Source of the DNA: Isurus oxyrinchus | Taxonomy: Eukaryota | Direction of reading: 5' to 3' | DNA length: 64,000 bases | Assembly (NCBI GenBank): GCA_026770705.1 | Contig: JANJGN010000013.1 | Span: 130,572,001 to 130,636,000, forward strand | In this document: in pieces, positions 38,851 through 51,495 of the stretch | Position numbering within the stretch: the first letter of the stretch is position 1 | How the letters are laid out: each line of letters starts with the position of its first letter | Notes under the pieces: model-generated | What the model was told of the DNA's origin: nothing | Seen by the model: only the letters and a program-made list of their open reading frames with translations | The model's database searches: none | Program-made: the position numbers and the translations under genes

Positions 38851-41800
38851 AAGTGTGTGAAGTAATTTCTGAAAATTCTTTTAACCAACTTAACCCCTTG
38901 TTCAGGATTCCTTAACTAGAGAGGAGAGTTGCTCCTAATGTACCTTTCAATCCCTTTTGTTTTAAACATCTCAGTCAATTACCCCCTTAACCTCCTCATC
39001 CAAGGAAATATTATTCAAATTTACCGAGTTCTTATTACATTACTGATGATATACTGGTGAATCATCACCAGATTTTGTTCAAAGCCAAGAAGCCTTTCCC
39101 AAAAGAAAACATAATATTCCACGATTTTTGTTTAATATTTCTGCTATTTTAGGGCAAATGATTTGGCACAACATGATGCCTACTTCTAATTCCTGGGCTT
39201 GAAGTGTGGTAGTTTCTGAATGATGACAAATGCCTTGCCCTTGTTAGTTTTTATTTCACGCTCATTTTATTTTTCAGTTTACTTGCATAATACACCATTC
39301 CCTACACAAAGTATAAAAAAACAGAAGAAAACATAAAATGAGAAAAAAAAACCATTCCATCCGACAAGCCTGCAGCTTGCACAGACCAATTGCAGTCTAC
39401 CCTTCCTCCAACAACTACAGACATTCAGACTAAGAGAACTGGCAGGCAAAACTGTGGCTAATAATGCTCTGTAACTAGCAGCAGCATCATATACCAGGGT
39501 GATAGGTGGCTTCCATTTTTCCCCCACCTCTGCTTTGATCGTGTAACAAACGCAAGACAAGTTGGGGATAAGAAGTGATCGGTTGGCCCAACATGGGTCA
39601 CCCCCTTTTAAAACATCATCTCTACCAGCATGGTGCACAAATTAATTTTACATTTACTTTGCACCATATTCCACTTATGTTCTCCTTTTCATTCTAAAGC
39701 ACAAAAGCAAGTCTTTCTTTTTCCTGCAGCAGGATGTATACATTGCCAATCGGCTTAATGAGAACTATAAAAGGTTTATTAGGTGAATGTATTACATTTA
39801 TTAAGATCGATTATCTTAATAGAAACAGAGAGAGTGCAATAGGCTGCAAGTGAGTACATTCCTGAAAAATCAAACAATTGGTTGAAAACAACATGGAAAC
39901 CTTTGATAGTCTATTCTTTTGCTCTTTTTATAATCCTGTTTTCCTTCCTCACTTTAGAGCCTACTGGGTAAAGGAGGTTAAAACAACCTGCCACCACATC
40001 AAAAAGCCCTCATCGTCCATTTCAACAACGGAATATCTTTCAGGAGCAGCCAAAGAAGCTCAGCTAAGCATCAGGACAATATGGGAAAGAGGAAACAAAA
40101 GGCCATTGTCACCACGGCAACAGCAGCAGCAAGCACCCTAATTTAATCAGTGGGGATATGTTCAGCCAGGTTGTAAATGCCTTAACAACCTGTCAGGCTT
40201 ATAGACCTACCAGAAAAATGTTCAGCTTTTCTGTAATTGTTCTGTCCTATGACATTAAATTGAATATTTTTGTTTTGTTTCGTATGAGGCCTTTGAAACA
40301 TTCTAACAATAAAATGCAATTAAATCTGTCTTTCAAAGATCAAAATGCAGCATACTTGTCCGAAGCTTTGTGGTTCTGGTAATAGTGTCTGGGTATTTGA
40401 TATACAAAATGCCTTCGGTTATTTTGTGTGTACATAATTTCACAGTCTAGTTCAATAGATTTTTGTTTCTAAAACCTTTTGGTGATCAGCATAGCAGACA
40501 GTGTTTGGACATTGTGATTTTGTTAAGCTGAACTAGCATAACTCCATTATATCTCGAGCCACATCTGAGCTGCTAAAATCACAATTCAAATCACGAATAC
40601 CCTTTGCTGCGTATGGGCCTGGATCTTGTGAAAAGAAGTGACCAACTAACCTGGTCCAGAATCACCACCAGTAGTCTATTGATCATCCTAATGGTGAATA
40701 CAAATTTAACATCAATAAAAAGTTGTTTTGGCCTCAGTCTGACATTAAATTTGTGGATAGTAAATTGGGAATTATGGCCCAAGCCGACTGCAAAGAGGAA
40801 TGGAAGAACTCGGTTTCCTCCAGGGAAACTTGCTTTGCTCTGGTGGCATATTGAAGACTGAAAATAGGTGGAGGAGGATGATGAGTGGCATTTTACCACA
40901 ATTGCAATATCACAGGTTATTATTGTGGCTTTGCTAACGTTCTGACTCAGACCTACTCCCAGCTGAGCCACAGCTCACACTGTATTGTGTTTAACAGATT
41001 TGGAAAATGTGGAGGGACCTGTAAAACCGGGTCTCTACCCCTAACGGGCATGATATTGGTTTCCCAGGGATGAGTGATGCAAGTTCCTGCTTGGAACATT
41101 CTACTATGCAAACAATACAGGTGAGGCATTATAGCACATTCTCCATTTCTATCTGACCTCTATGCCCGGCTCATGTTATTCTGAAAAGATGCCCATCTAA
41201 GTGAGTGAATAGAGTTGCTAGATGCTAAGCAGTGGAGAGCCATTGAAGAGTCGTTTGTGATCGCTTGTCTTTTTTCTGCTGCGGCCTAAGTTCTCACAAG
41301 CCTTTAAACCCAGCACCCTAATCCCAGCATGATACTGCATGAAAGAAGGTATGCAGGGGTGATCATCAGGCAGCAAAGCCTAATTAACTGCATTCCCCTC
41401 CACTATTGCCTATCTTTTCAAACATTGTCACAGCTACCTGGCAACAGATAATGGAAGGTCCTTCATAGTAACTTGGTCATGTTCACCATGGAGATTGTGA
41501 GGTAGTCACTATACCAAGTCAACTACAGATTCAAGTGTATTCCTAATCCCTTCCATGCATGTGTTTATGGGACTGGTGCTATGGAATGCCACAAGATGGA
41601 ATCTTCTTTGTAACCTCCGAATGCTGCACCACAAACAGGTGATTCGATGCTGGGCTACTCAAAGTTGCCTACAGTCTTGGGGTTTCCTTTACATTTATTG
41701 TTCTTAATCATTTCTTAAGGCCCTGGTCTTTTTCCCTTGCCAAAGACCACTAATGAGTTGAGAGATGCATTTTTGTACCTTCCCAAAGGGTTTCATTGTT

Positions 41801-43661
41801 CCTGTCACCCTATTGTCACACTTGATTTTAATTGCCCGCCTTACTTCAAAACTTTTGCTTACAGTTGCCCTCAGTTTTCTGCTCTCCCCTACCTTCGCAA
41901 ACTTATAAATAATTATACAAATGGACCGACCCAGGAAATGTAATTACTATTCGCACTTCAACATTCTGACAGATCAACCCCAGTTTGTAACAATCTAAAC
42001 TAATTGACACTAGTAAACAAACATCAGGCCCATTTATTCTCTGCTGTTTGTACTCAATGATTACGGATGGATTTCTTGATCTGCGCTCTTGGCACCTCTT
42101 ACAATGTCTTTGTTATAAAAAGTTGTTAACGTATCTGTACTCTTGCCCTCTACCTGTTGTCTGCTGCTGACCCACTTTATAGTTTGTCCATTCAGTCCTT
42201 CAAGCCTATTGAGGACAATGCAGTTCATTCATCGCTGATCTGGATCTTAATCGCCATTTCCCCACTTTGGATTTATGTCCCTTAATACCCATGCCCTACA
42301 AAAAAATACTTATCAATCTGAGTCTTGAAATTTTTATTTGACCTGGCTTCTACAGATTTTACGGTGTTATGAAGGAAACTGGCCTATCTATATTTTTTTT
42401 ATCAGTTCTAGTGAAGAGTCTAATCCAAAATGATGGTCTGTGATTATTCCGTTTGGATCTGTGCACCAGCTTTGCCAAAACCGGTTTCCTTAACCTAAAA
42501 TCGGGGAACCCTAAAAATATGGGTGCACAATTCTACCACTGGAATAAGAAAAGCTTAATGACGATAGGTAGGCCAACTGTACATTTTCCGTGTTTTGTAT
42601 CAGAATTTCAGGTTTGCACTCTTTTTTTATCTCAGTTTTCATTTCCGACGTGAACAGCTAAAAGTTATCCTCATGGCTAACAACGAAATACAAGCACACT
42701 GAAATAAAGCTTTAAAAAATGGGTGTAAAATCAATTAATCCCAATCGTCTACCACCACTGCTCGCAACACTCCTGACCTAAAACGTGTTAAAATGTTAGA
42801 GTTTGAGTGTGGCCACACTGTTTTCCATAGAACTGGAAAATCATAAATCACAGCTTTTGATGGATTGGGAAGTTTTACAAATCATTGTTACTTTTCCCAA
42901 GTCATAGAGGTAATTTGAGAAGTGTTTGGCCAGTGTGGGAGTGAGGGGGGAAAAAAAAAGATGGCAGGAGTGGTGGGGCTATTGAAGCCACCCAGGCTAT
43001 TGAAGTAATCAAAGACTTAATGCCAGCCAGAGCCTCTATCTTTGTCTCCTCATGGTTTGATCTACAGCACCAAACAATCATTTTGGGCTAAACCTATGTA
43101 TGCATTACAAATCATGTTAATTTCTTAGACTTAATGCTGCAGTTAATTCAGAAAGCACTACTTTTTTTATATGAATTTGTGACCACGCTACCATATTGGC
43201 ACCCATTCAAAATGTTAATTTGATAAACCATGATCAAGTTCCTGAATGGAAACTGTTGCCCCAGTCAAAATTTATGATTTTGGCATGGTCAAAACCACAT
43301 CACACATGGGATTTTAATGTGCTTTAAAATTACAGTGTCACAAATAATCATTCTAAGTGCAGTATCATATTCAAACACCCTATTGCGAATAGAAATTAGA
43401 CTCAGCCTCAATAAACCAGCACGTTTAAAATCACTACCCTTTTAGGCTAAAACATAAGTTTTCAACCTGAGAACATTGTGGGTTTGCTTTATTTTTGGAT
43501 AAGGATTCAATCTTTTTTTCCCTACCTGGTTGGCTTCAATAGCCCCTCCACTCCTGCCATCGTCTTTTTTTTTCCTCTCCCCCTCACCCCCACACTGGCC
43601 AAACACTTCTCAAATTAACCCTTTGAATTGGGAAAAGTAACAATGATCTGTAAAACTTCCC

Positions 43662-44040
43662 CAAAAATGAAAGCAAAAAACCGCGGATGCTGGAAATCCA
43701 AAACAAAAACAAAAATACCTGGAGAAACTCAGCAGGTCTGACAGCATCTGCAGAGAGGAACACAGTTAACGTTTCGATTCCATATGACTCTTCAACAGAG
43801 CTAATGAAAAATAGAAAAGAGGTGAAACATAAGCTGGTTTAAGGGGTGTGGGGTGGTGGAGCAGGTAGAGCTGGATAGAGGGCCAGTGCTAGGTGGAGAT
43901 AACCAAAAGACATCGTAGACAAAAGAGCAAAGAGGTGTTGAAGGTGGTGATATTATCTAAGGAATATGATAATAGGTGACATTAAGGGCAGAAAGCAGGA
44001 CGAGCAAGGTACAGATAGCCCTAGTGGGGGTGGGGTGGGG
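43662..44040 (-). mobile_element. 5'-truncated Penelope-like element end with 13-bp TSD
   Basis: TSD TGTAAAACTTCCC at 43649-43661 and 44041-44053; contains the family tail and a hammerhead-like motif. Confidence 0.85.
43764..43802 (-). ncRNA. Minimal type-I hammerhead ribozyme-like motif (variant core CUGUUGA)
   Basis: Minus strand AGCU-CUGUUGA-A-GAGUC-AUAUG-GAAUC-GAAAC-GUU-AACU; one mismatch each in helix I and helix II. Confidence 0.5.
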
Positions 44041-44251
44041 TGTAAAACTTCCCAATCCATCAAAAGCTGCATGATTTTCCAGTTCTATGGAAAACTGCGT
44101 GGCCACACCCAAACTCCAACATTTTATCACGTTTTAGGTCAGGAGCTTTGTCCTGCTAAGCATTAACAGTCTTTTCTAATTTTCTTTCAGATTTCTAGCT
44201 TTTTGTCTAACTTTCTGGTTAGCTAGAGTCATCTTTATTTGTATTACATGA

Positions 44252-44690
44252 GTGTCAGCCATGGCTCAGTTGATAGCCCTCTGTCACAAGGTTCTGGCTT
44301 CAAGCCTCACTCGAGGGCTTAAGTACAAAAACTAAAGCTGACGGTCTGGTGCAGCATGGTCCGAGGTGCTGTCTTTTGGGTGAGACGTTAAACCAAGGCC
44401 CCATTTTCCCGCTTGAGTGGCTGTAAGAGGTCCGATGGCACTATTTTGAAGAAGACCAGGGGTGCTACTCCTGGTACCCTGACCAATAATTATCCCTTCA
44501 ATCAACATCACAAAAAAAACTGAATATGGTCATTATTCCATTGCTATTCGTGGGGTTTGCTGTGTACATATTGGCTGCTGTGTTTCCTGCATTACATACA
44601 TGCACTTCAAAAAGTACTTCATTGGCTGTAAAGCACTTTGAGCCATCTGGTGGTCGTGAGAAGTGCTATATAAATCCAAGTCTTTCTTTC
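44252..44690 (+). mobile_element. Near full-length tRNA-derived Deu-domain SINE (SacSINE1-like)
   Basis: tRNA-like head (tggctcagttg...ggcttcaagcc), Deu core (gaggtgctgtcttttgggtgagacgttaaaccaaggcccc...atggcactattttgaagaaga), L2-like tail (gctatataaatccaagtctttctttc). Confidence 0.8.
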
Positions 44691-44844
44691 TGTAACCAGT
44701 TGCTGATTCTTGGACAGCATAACCTTAATCCCAATTACTGGATCTCGGCAGGATAAAGTAAAGTCAACTTTAACTGAAATTAAATGCGTTTCTTTTTAAG
44801 GGTAGAAGCTCAATACTCATTTCCATTCACCGCCCAGTGTTGTG

Positions 44845-46150
44845 TCATCAGCCGTCGCTCGATTTGAGAATGACGCCTACTCAGGGTCACAAGCTCTGCC
44901 ATGGGCCTTCATGTGACTGAATAGGCCGGTTCTCGACCCGCAGATCTTTCAGTACATGGAGCAGGACACCCTACAAGATAAAGGGATCCAGAGTGCAGGA
45001 TTTGCTTCCTTTTATTTCCATCTCTGCCTCACCATTTAGGTTCAAAACATAATGCAGCTGGAAAGACAAGTTGCTGCCCTTTTGAACGATTGGTGGCAAA
45101 CTCCTCCCAGTTAATGTCAATGCCACTGCACTTCAAGAGGAGCTTCAAAATGGCTTTGTAGCATTTTCTTTGTCCTCTCCAGAACACTGGCCATTTAAGA
45201 GTTGAGAACGCAGGACCTGATGGGGATGACACCTCTCAGCCATCCAGACACGATGTCCAGTCCAGCGTAGGTGAATTTTCAGGAGTTTTGCCTGACTGCT
45301 TGTGGAGCTAGCTTCTATAAGGACACTAACATTTGTTCAACAGTCCTCCTGTTGCGCCTGGAGGATGTGGCGAGGACATTGCTGATGGAATTTCTCTAGC
45401 ACATTTGCACAGTCCAGGTCTCGCTGCAGTGCAGGAGTGCGGTAACGGCAACTACTCTGTACGCTAGGAATTTTGTGAACTTGCGGAAGGCTTTGTTGTC
45501 AAACCTCATTGCCATAGTTTGTAGAAAGTTGAGCTGGTGCAACTGATCCGGTTTTGGATCTCCATCAGTGGTGGCCTTTTGAGAGAGATGGCTGCCAAGG
45601 TGTGGTAATTGCACAACATGTTCCAGAATGTCTCCAACATAAATGAGAGGTGGAATATTTGACTGACCAGGTCTCAGTTGATTTGAGTTTTGCTGTGGCA
45701 ACATTCAAGGACAGGCTGAGTCTCTCACATGCATAATTGAAGAGATCGAGAGTGGCTTGCAAATCTGGTGCAGAGTGGGCTATGATACTGCAGTCATACG
45801 CAGACTATAAATCTTGTATGTTATGGTGGTCAATTTAGTTTTGGCACGGAGGCAACTGAGATTAAAGCATTTTCCATCTAGGCGATATTTAATGTTGACA
45901 CCAGAGGGCAGTTGATCTTTGAGGTAAATAACCACTGTCAGATTGTAAATTGTATGGGGGCTATCACACAGCCTTGCTTGACCCTGGTTTGGATTTTGAA
46001 GGCATCTGTTTCAGATCTCCCAATCAAGACAGCTGCAGTCATATCACCATGAATCAGTTGCAGGATTGTGATAGATTTTTGGACACCCAAATCTCTGGAA
46101 CACAATACACAGACCCTCATGATTTACTGAGTCAAATTAGCAATGCATAC
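44845..46150 (-). mobile_element. RTE LINE 3' half (RT C-terminal part plus 3' end)
   Basis: Minus strand ITILQLIHGDMTA..VKQGCVIAP..FTI; VTALLHCSETWTV; RTE-type 3' end near 44845. Confidence 0.85.
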
Positions 46151-48537
46151 ATAATACAGCCCTCCACGGATTGCCACCTTGACATGGTGGAGAGGCTTGT
46201 GTACTCTGATGATCCTTTGAGTGTTGCTGTAGGGAGCTCCTTGCTCCTGATAGGGGCATCCATGGCAGAAAGATCAGGAAGAGGTGCCAGACAAAATGCA
46301 GTCCAAAAAGTCCTAAACGGCGGAACAGGCGAAGGAAGACTGTGCATCCCACAGGCTGCAGTGGTGAAGTGGACCCGTTTTTTGTGGTTCAACACATCAC
46401 CAAAATCTGATCACCAACCTGTAAAGATCGTGTAAACAATGGCGGCTCCCCAAGATCCTCACGTTAAATAAAGTCATGTGCAGGCTCCCACCAGGATTCA
46501 TCTGCCAAGTCCTGTGGCAATGAAGAATTGGTGAAGGGGACAGGGCTTTGAACCTGGAAGACTCGAATGAAGAATCTGCACACAGGTGAATGTTGTTGGA
46601 CACCTGTATTGGAACAGAGGTGTCTTTGAGCAGCAGCATCTGTGACTGAGCAGCCATCTTTAGCATACCATCTGTTCACCCCAAATAGGGAAGGAGCTAG
46701 AAAAGGTGCCCTAAAATAGGCTGTCCCATATTCTCCTGGCTGGGGAACCACATCCTGCAGAATCACCATTTTTGTGGTCAAAGAAAGAAAACTTGGAATG
46801 TTAGACCATTCATGGATAGTCTCAAGAGTGACCATCCAGAAAAATGACTGCAATCGTATCATGTGAGCTATCAAGACCGCAAATTGACATCTCTGCCTTC
46901 AGTAAGATCCACTTCCCTGGGGAGGGGCAGCTCAAAAAAACAAGCGGGGGATACATCTTCTACTAGAAAGGAAAGGCTGACAGAGTTTGTTTTGCCATCT
47001 GGAATAGGATCTTGAATGCACCTTCAGAACTCCCCAATTGTAGAAATGAAAGGCTCATGACACTTCACCCACAGCTCAGCTATAATTAATATGCCACCGT
47101 CATCACTAATGCCCTGACCGTTGACTCTGATGAAGATGTTAAGGAAGAGTTCTACTCTGACCTTGATGAAGTCCTCACTGCCATCCCAAAAGAGGAAAAG
47201 ACCATCCTTCTGGGGGATGTTACTGCCAGAGTTGGCTGTGACTCTGATGTCTGGAGAGGAACAGTTGGGAAAAACAATGTAGGAAAAACCAATATAAATG
47301 GTGCCATCCTGCTGACAAAGTGTGCTCAGCAAGGCCTCATTATAACACCTTCTGACAGAAGGTCAAATACGAAACCTCAAAGCGTTGGCGCCTCTTGAAT
47401 TGTGTCATTGTTTGGGTCAAAGATATAAGTGATGACTGTATCACTCGACTGGGGGACTGATGCTTGCTGGACAGATCATCAACTTGTTTGATTGGTGATG
47501 AACTTCCACCAGTGCAAGACATCACAAGAACCAAAGGTCAAAGAGAAGAAGATTAAAGTCTCAGCCCTAAAACAGTTCAACCGAATACAGGAATTCACAA
47601 TCAACATGGAAAATCTTCACACATCCAACCTAGTTTTGGAAAGTCAACTGTACTAGACTCCTGTATCCAGACCATTGGGTTCAAGCATTGTTGTCAATGG
47701 GGCTGGTTCGAGGGAAACTATGCAGAAATATGTGGCTTCCTGGAACAAAAATGAACAGTCTTCATTGCCTGGCCGAACAACCTAAGGTCTCAAGTCAGGA
47801 AGGCAGCATTCCAACAGCTCAAGGCTGACACCCAAACATAAATCCAGAAGATAAAAGACAAGCGGTGGGAAGAGAAAGCCCAAGTGATCCAACAATTTGC
47901 TGACTGTCATGATATGCAAAGCCTTTTTGAAGCCACCAGGGCCATCAATAGACCAGGATCAAGTGGACAGTGAGGATGCCATGCCATTCGTCAGTGCTGG
48001 GAAGAACATTTCCAACGACTGTGAATTCACAGTGGCAGCTGATACTCTCCAGACTACCCCCCAGTACCTTGTGATAGAATCCATGGGTGAAGCACAATCG
48101 ATGGGAGAGGTGCACTAAGCGATCCAGCGAATGATAAACAACAAAGCCTGTGGCCCCGATGGTATTCCAGCCGAGGTCTTCAAAGCTGGTGGACTGTAGC
48201 TCACATCCTAGACTCCAGGCACTCATCCTTTCGGATTTGGGAGGAAAAAGAATTAACCCCACCCCTAATTCCAACTTCAGCAATGTGACAATTGTATCTT
48301 CAAAAGGGAGATTAATCAGGCTGTGGAAGCTATATAAGTATTCCCCTCTTGTCCACAGCAGGGAAAATCCTGACATGCATTCTCCTGTATCATCTACTTC
48401 CTGTGGCTGAGGAAATCCTCCCAGAGACACAGTGTGGCTTTAGGCCTTCCAGAGGAACCTCTGACATGGTCCATGTGCCAGACAATTTCAAGAAAAATGT
48501 CAAGAACAGCAGAGTCACGTATGCATTGCTAATTTGA
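46151..48537 (+). mobile_element. RTE LINE 5' half (5'UTR, AP endonuclease, RT N-terminal part), inverted relative to its 3' half
   Basis: 5' end gccaccttgacatggtggagagg; TWNVR-like endonuclease start near 46790; STAGKILTCILL..LPETQCGFRPSRGTSDM; ends where the minus-strand half begins. Confidence 0.85.
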
Positions 48538-48619
48538 AATAACTGTACTTAAATTCACTTGTCAGTCTGTTTCACTAGAAAATATTTGACACTGAAACAT
48601 TGGAGGAAGCTGGAGGACT

Positions 48620-49000
48620 AATCCCTTGGTGTCAGATGTCTGAACAATGAAGAAAGACTGAAGAAACTTGGACTTCTCAGCTTTGAAGGATTTCTTTATA
48701 AGTAGATTTGAAGGTCCTATATAAGTATAAAAGTTAGTGAATTCTATGGATAGGATAAATCCAGACAATTGCTTTAACTTAACTTATGAAACTAGGCAAA
48801 GAAACATGGGCTCAAACAAATGAAATTTAGGGCTGACACCAGTAAGACCTATTTTGCACGAAAACAAAGAACAGACTTCAGAACAGAGCCATGAAGATTA
48901 AAACTTTGCAATCTTCTGGGAACCATTAGATGCGGTATTAATAATTTCAGGGTCATTCTAGGTGGATGAATTTAGATAGGACGAATAGTCTCCCTCATCC
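48620..49000 (+). mobile_element. Old CR1 3' fragment
   Basis: Degenerate gaagaaagactgaagaaacttggacttctcagc...gataggacgaatagtctcc. Confidence 0.5.
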
Positions 49001-49425
49001 ATAGCTGACTACTGACTTGTTTATGAATCATGGTGCTATGTTGTCCCTGAACCATTCCAAGTATATACACTTTATAAGAATGCCATTGATTTGGGGTGCA
49101 CTTAAACCGCAGAATTATAGATAGCCATTCACAGAATGTGCTTTATGAGAGGTGTTCCTCATTTGCAATTATCTAATGAACTCTCTACTTGCTCCAATAG
49201 CTCAGTGCTATGTGCCAGGAAGGTACAATCCCTGCTCTGTTTTGAGTTGACCAGACTAGACAAATTATCAGCACCATTGCTACCACCGATCTCTAACCAG
49301 ACCCTCTCCCACACTTCATAGTATGTATATGTGGTTGCCATATGATTCCTGATCTGGCTCAGCAGTTATTTAACTTGCCCCCTGCCTGTCCCCACACACA
49401 TTTGCAAAGGCATACTAACATTAGC

Positions 49426-49612
49426 AAAAGTAGCTGGAAAAACTCAGCAGGTCTGTCGGCATCTGCGGAGAGGAACACAGTAGACATTTCGAGTCATGTG
49501 GACTCGAAACGTCTACTGTGTTCCTCTCCGCAGATGCTGTCAGACCTGCTGAGTTTTTCCAGCTATTTTTGTTTTTGTTTCAGATTTCTAGCATCCGCAG
49601 TATTTTGCTTTT
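49426..49612. mobile_element. Fold-back (palindromic) Penelope-like end
   Basis: 49431-49495 is the reverse complement of 49501-49565 (3 mismatches), loop ATGTG; tail continues to ~49612. Confidence 0.85.
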
Positions 49613-49921
49613 ATCTAACACACATTAGGTTAATGCAAGATGAATAACCACTTGGGAGTGGTATTGGGAGCCTACCGAAGGCAATTTTATGTTTGAACAT
49701 TGCAAACAGCCCTGACTTGTTTCAGTTGCAGTAGGATCAGCTTTTTCATGGTCTCCAGCTGCTTCTGCCTAGCAACTAATGGAAAATAGCGCTGGGTATA
49801 AACACAAGTATGATGAAATCCACAGGTTGCAAACTGTTTCCAGCACTAGCTTTGGAATTCAAAGCCTATATTTTTTGAGACAGTCCCTAACTGAAAAATA
49901 TACCAAAACTTCAGCTTTCTG

Positions 49922-50687
49922 TGTAAGAGTGGGTGTAACCCAGGAGTCCTGGCTGTGACACCAGATTTCTGGGATATCAGCCTGTGACTTTAGTTTGTTA
50001 GAGAAACAGAAGCTGATTGAAAGCCTTGTGTCTGTTTTTTTCCCCTCTGAGATCAGATTTCAGCAAGGGTCAAAGCAGAAGAGACTGGTGTGAAGATCTG
50101 TGTGAGTGAGGCAGCTAAAATAGAACAAAAACTGAAGTTTGGCAGCAGGAATAGTGAAATTAAGTTACTGCCGCTGCTTCAGTTTTTACCAAAGTGGGCC
50201 AGACTGAGATGTTATTGAGTGGTTGGATGAAGGTGGATCTGGGGAATCTATGCCATATAGACTGTTGTGAACCAAGCTTAGGAGGTTCTGCAGAAGCAAT
50301 CCCTTTTTGGTGATAATCATATCCGAGGAACTCAGATGGAGTAAAGCTATTGTCGGAAACAACTTGAGGAGCAAATCCTGAGTGATAAAATAAGAGTTGA
50401 ACTCCACCAGAGGAATATAGAGTTGTGAAGGACTTTGGGATTGCATGTGGTGCCACTTGTGTGCTAAGAGGACTGCCCCCTGTATCATTGTTGTATCAGC
50501 TATTTACAGTGTAATTTATAGCTTATATTAAATACAAGTTACTCATTAATTTACGTTTCATTCATGTTGATTTTGGTTTGCTTGTTATTAAAGTAAATGG
50601 TATAAAAGAGAAATCTTGTCCTTTGGTTTCTTCCGGTGGGGTCATATGCTAAGTTTGGTTCTATTGGTCTCCACAGGGACCATGACG
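49922..50687 (+). mobile_element. Solo-LTR-like element
   Basis: TGT start, catgac(g) end, ATTAAA signals and T-rich U5-like segment; TSD unclear. Confidence 0.45.
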
Positions 50688-51147
50688 CAAGTGAAGAGCG
50701 TTGTTCTCCTGAGCTAACAGTGCTGTACAAGAACAAGGTAATGCCATCCCATGGAATTGTGCTCCAGCATGAGTCACTGCTTTTCAGAGCAGGAGGAGAC
50801 AAAATTGGCAATTTAAAAGAAAAGAAGATACCTGCTTTTTATGTGAAAAAAAAAGACCCCTCCATTTGAAAGTTGGGAGATTTGCTCTTAATTTTTTTGC
50901 TGGTTTGTCCTTGTGAAAGCAATTCAAGGTTTCTCACCTTGTGTTGGCTGGCATGAATGGTGGCTGGAAGGCTGATGAGGAAACAATTACATTTGAATCC
51001 TTCCTCCATTTCAAAGTGTCTGTCAGGAATCCAAATCAGGATCTCAATAAACAATATTGCACTCTATGAAGGATCTACTATGGTGCAACATGACTCTTTT
51101 GGGCAGTACTCTTGAAGCTTTGTGTTGTCAGACCATTTTAAAGGGAG

Positions 51148-51495
51148 ATGGTGGTGCAATGATAATCAAAAGGCCCAGACTAATGCTCTGGGAACATTGG
51201 TTCAAGATTCACCATGGCAGCCGGTGGAATTTAAATCCAGTTAATCAGTAAATCTGGAATAGTCCCAGTAATCATGACCACGGAACTATCATCGATCGTT
51301 GGTTCACTAATGTCCTCCGGGAAAGAAAGCTGCCGTCCTTTGCTGGTCTGGCCTACATGTGACTTCAGAACCACAGCAAAGTGGTTGACTCTTAACTGTC
51401 CTTTGAAATGGCCGAACACGGTTCAGTTCAAGGGCAATTAAGGATGGCAACAAACGTTGACCTTGTCAGCGATGCCCACATCCCATGAAAGAATC
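51148..51495 (+). mobile_element. tRNA-related SINE with LINE-derived tail (same family as 3465-3840)
   Basis: Shared body (ggttcactaatgtcc...gtctggccta...gttgactcttaact) and tail agggcaattaaggatggc...gcgatgcccacatcccatgaa. Confidence 0.75.

Larger units (their letters stand above)
42770..44145. repeat. Long inverted repeat: arms 42770-42996 and 43525-43661+44054-44145, 528-bp spacer
   Basis: Direct reverse-complement comparison (e.g. ctcctgacctaaaacgtg / cacgttttaggtcaggag; tttgagaagtgtttggccagtgtggg / cccacactggccaaacacttctcaaa). Confidence 0.9.

Noticed and set aside
41900-42640. Possible very old Penelope 3' region with hammerhead remnant (agttctagtgaagagtc at ~42402)
   Set aside because: Too degenerate to support by eye; the core motif is broken.
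44252-44320. tRNA-like A/B boxes
   Set aside because: SINE head, not a tRNA gene; no cloverleaf, and it continues into the Deu core.
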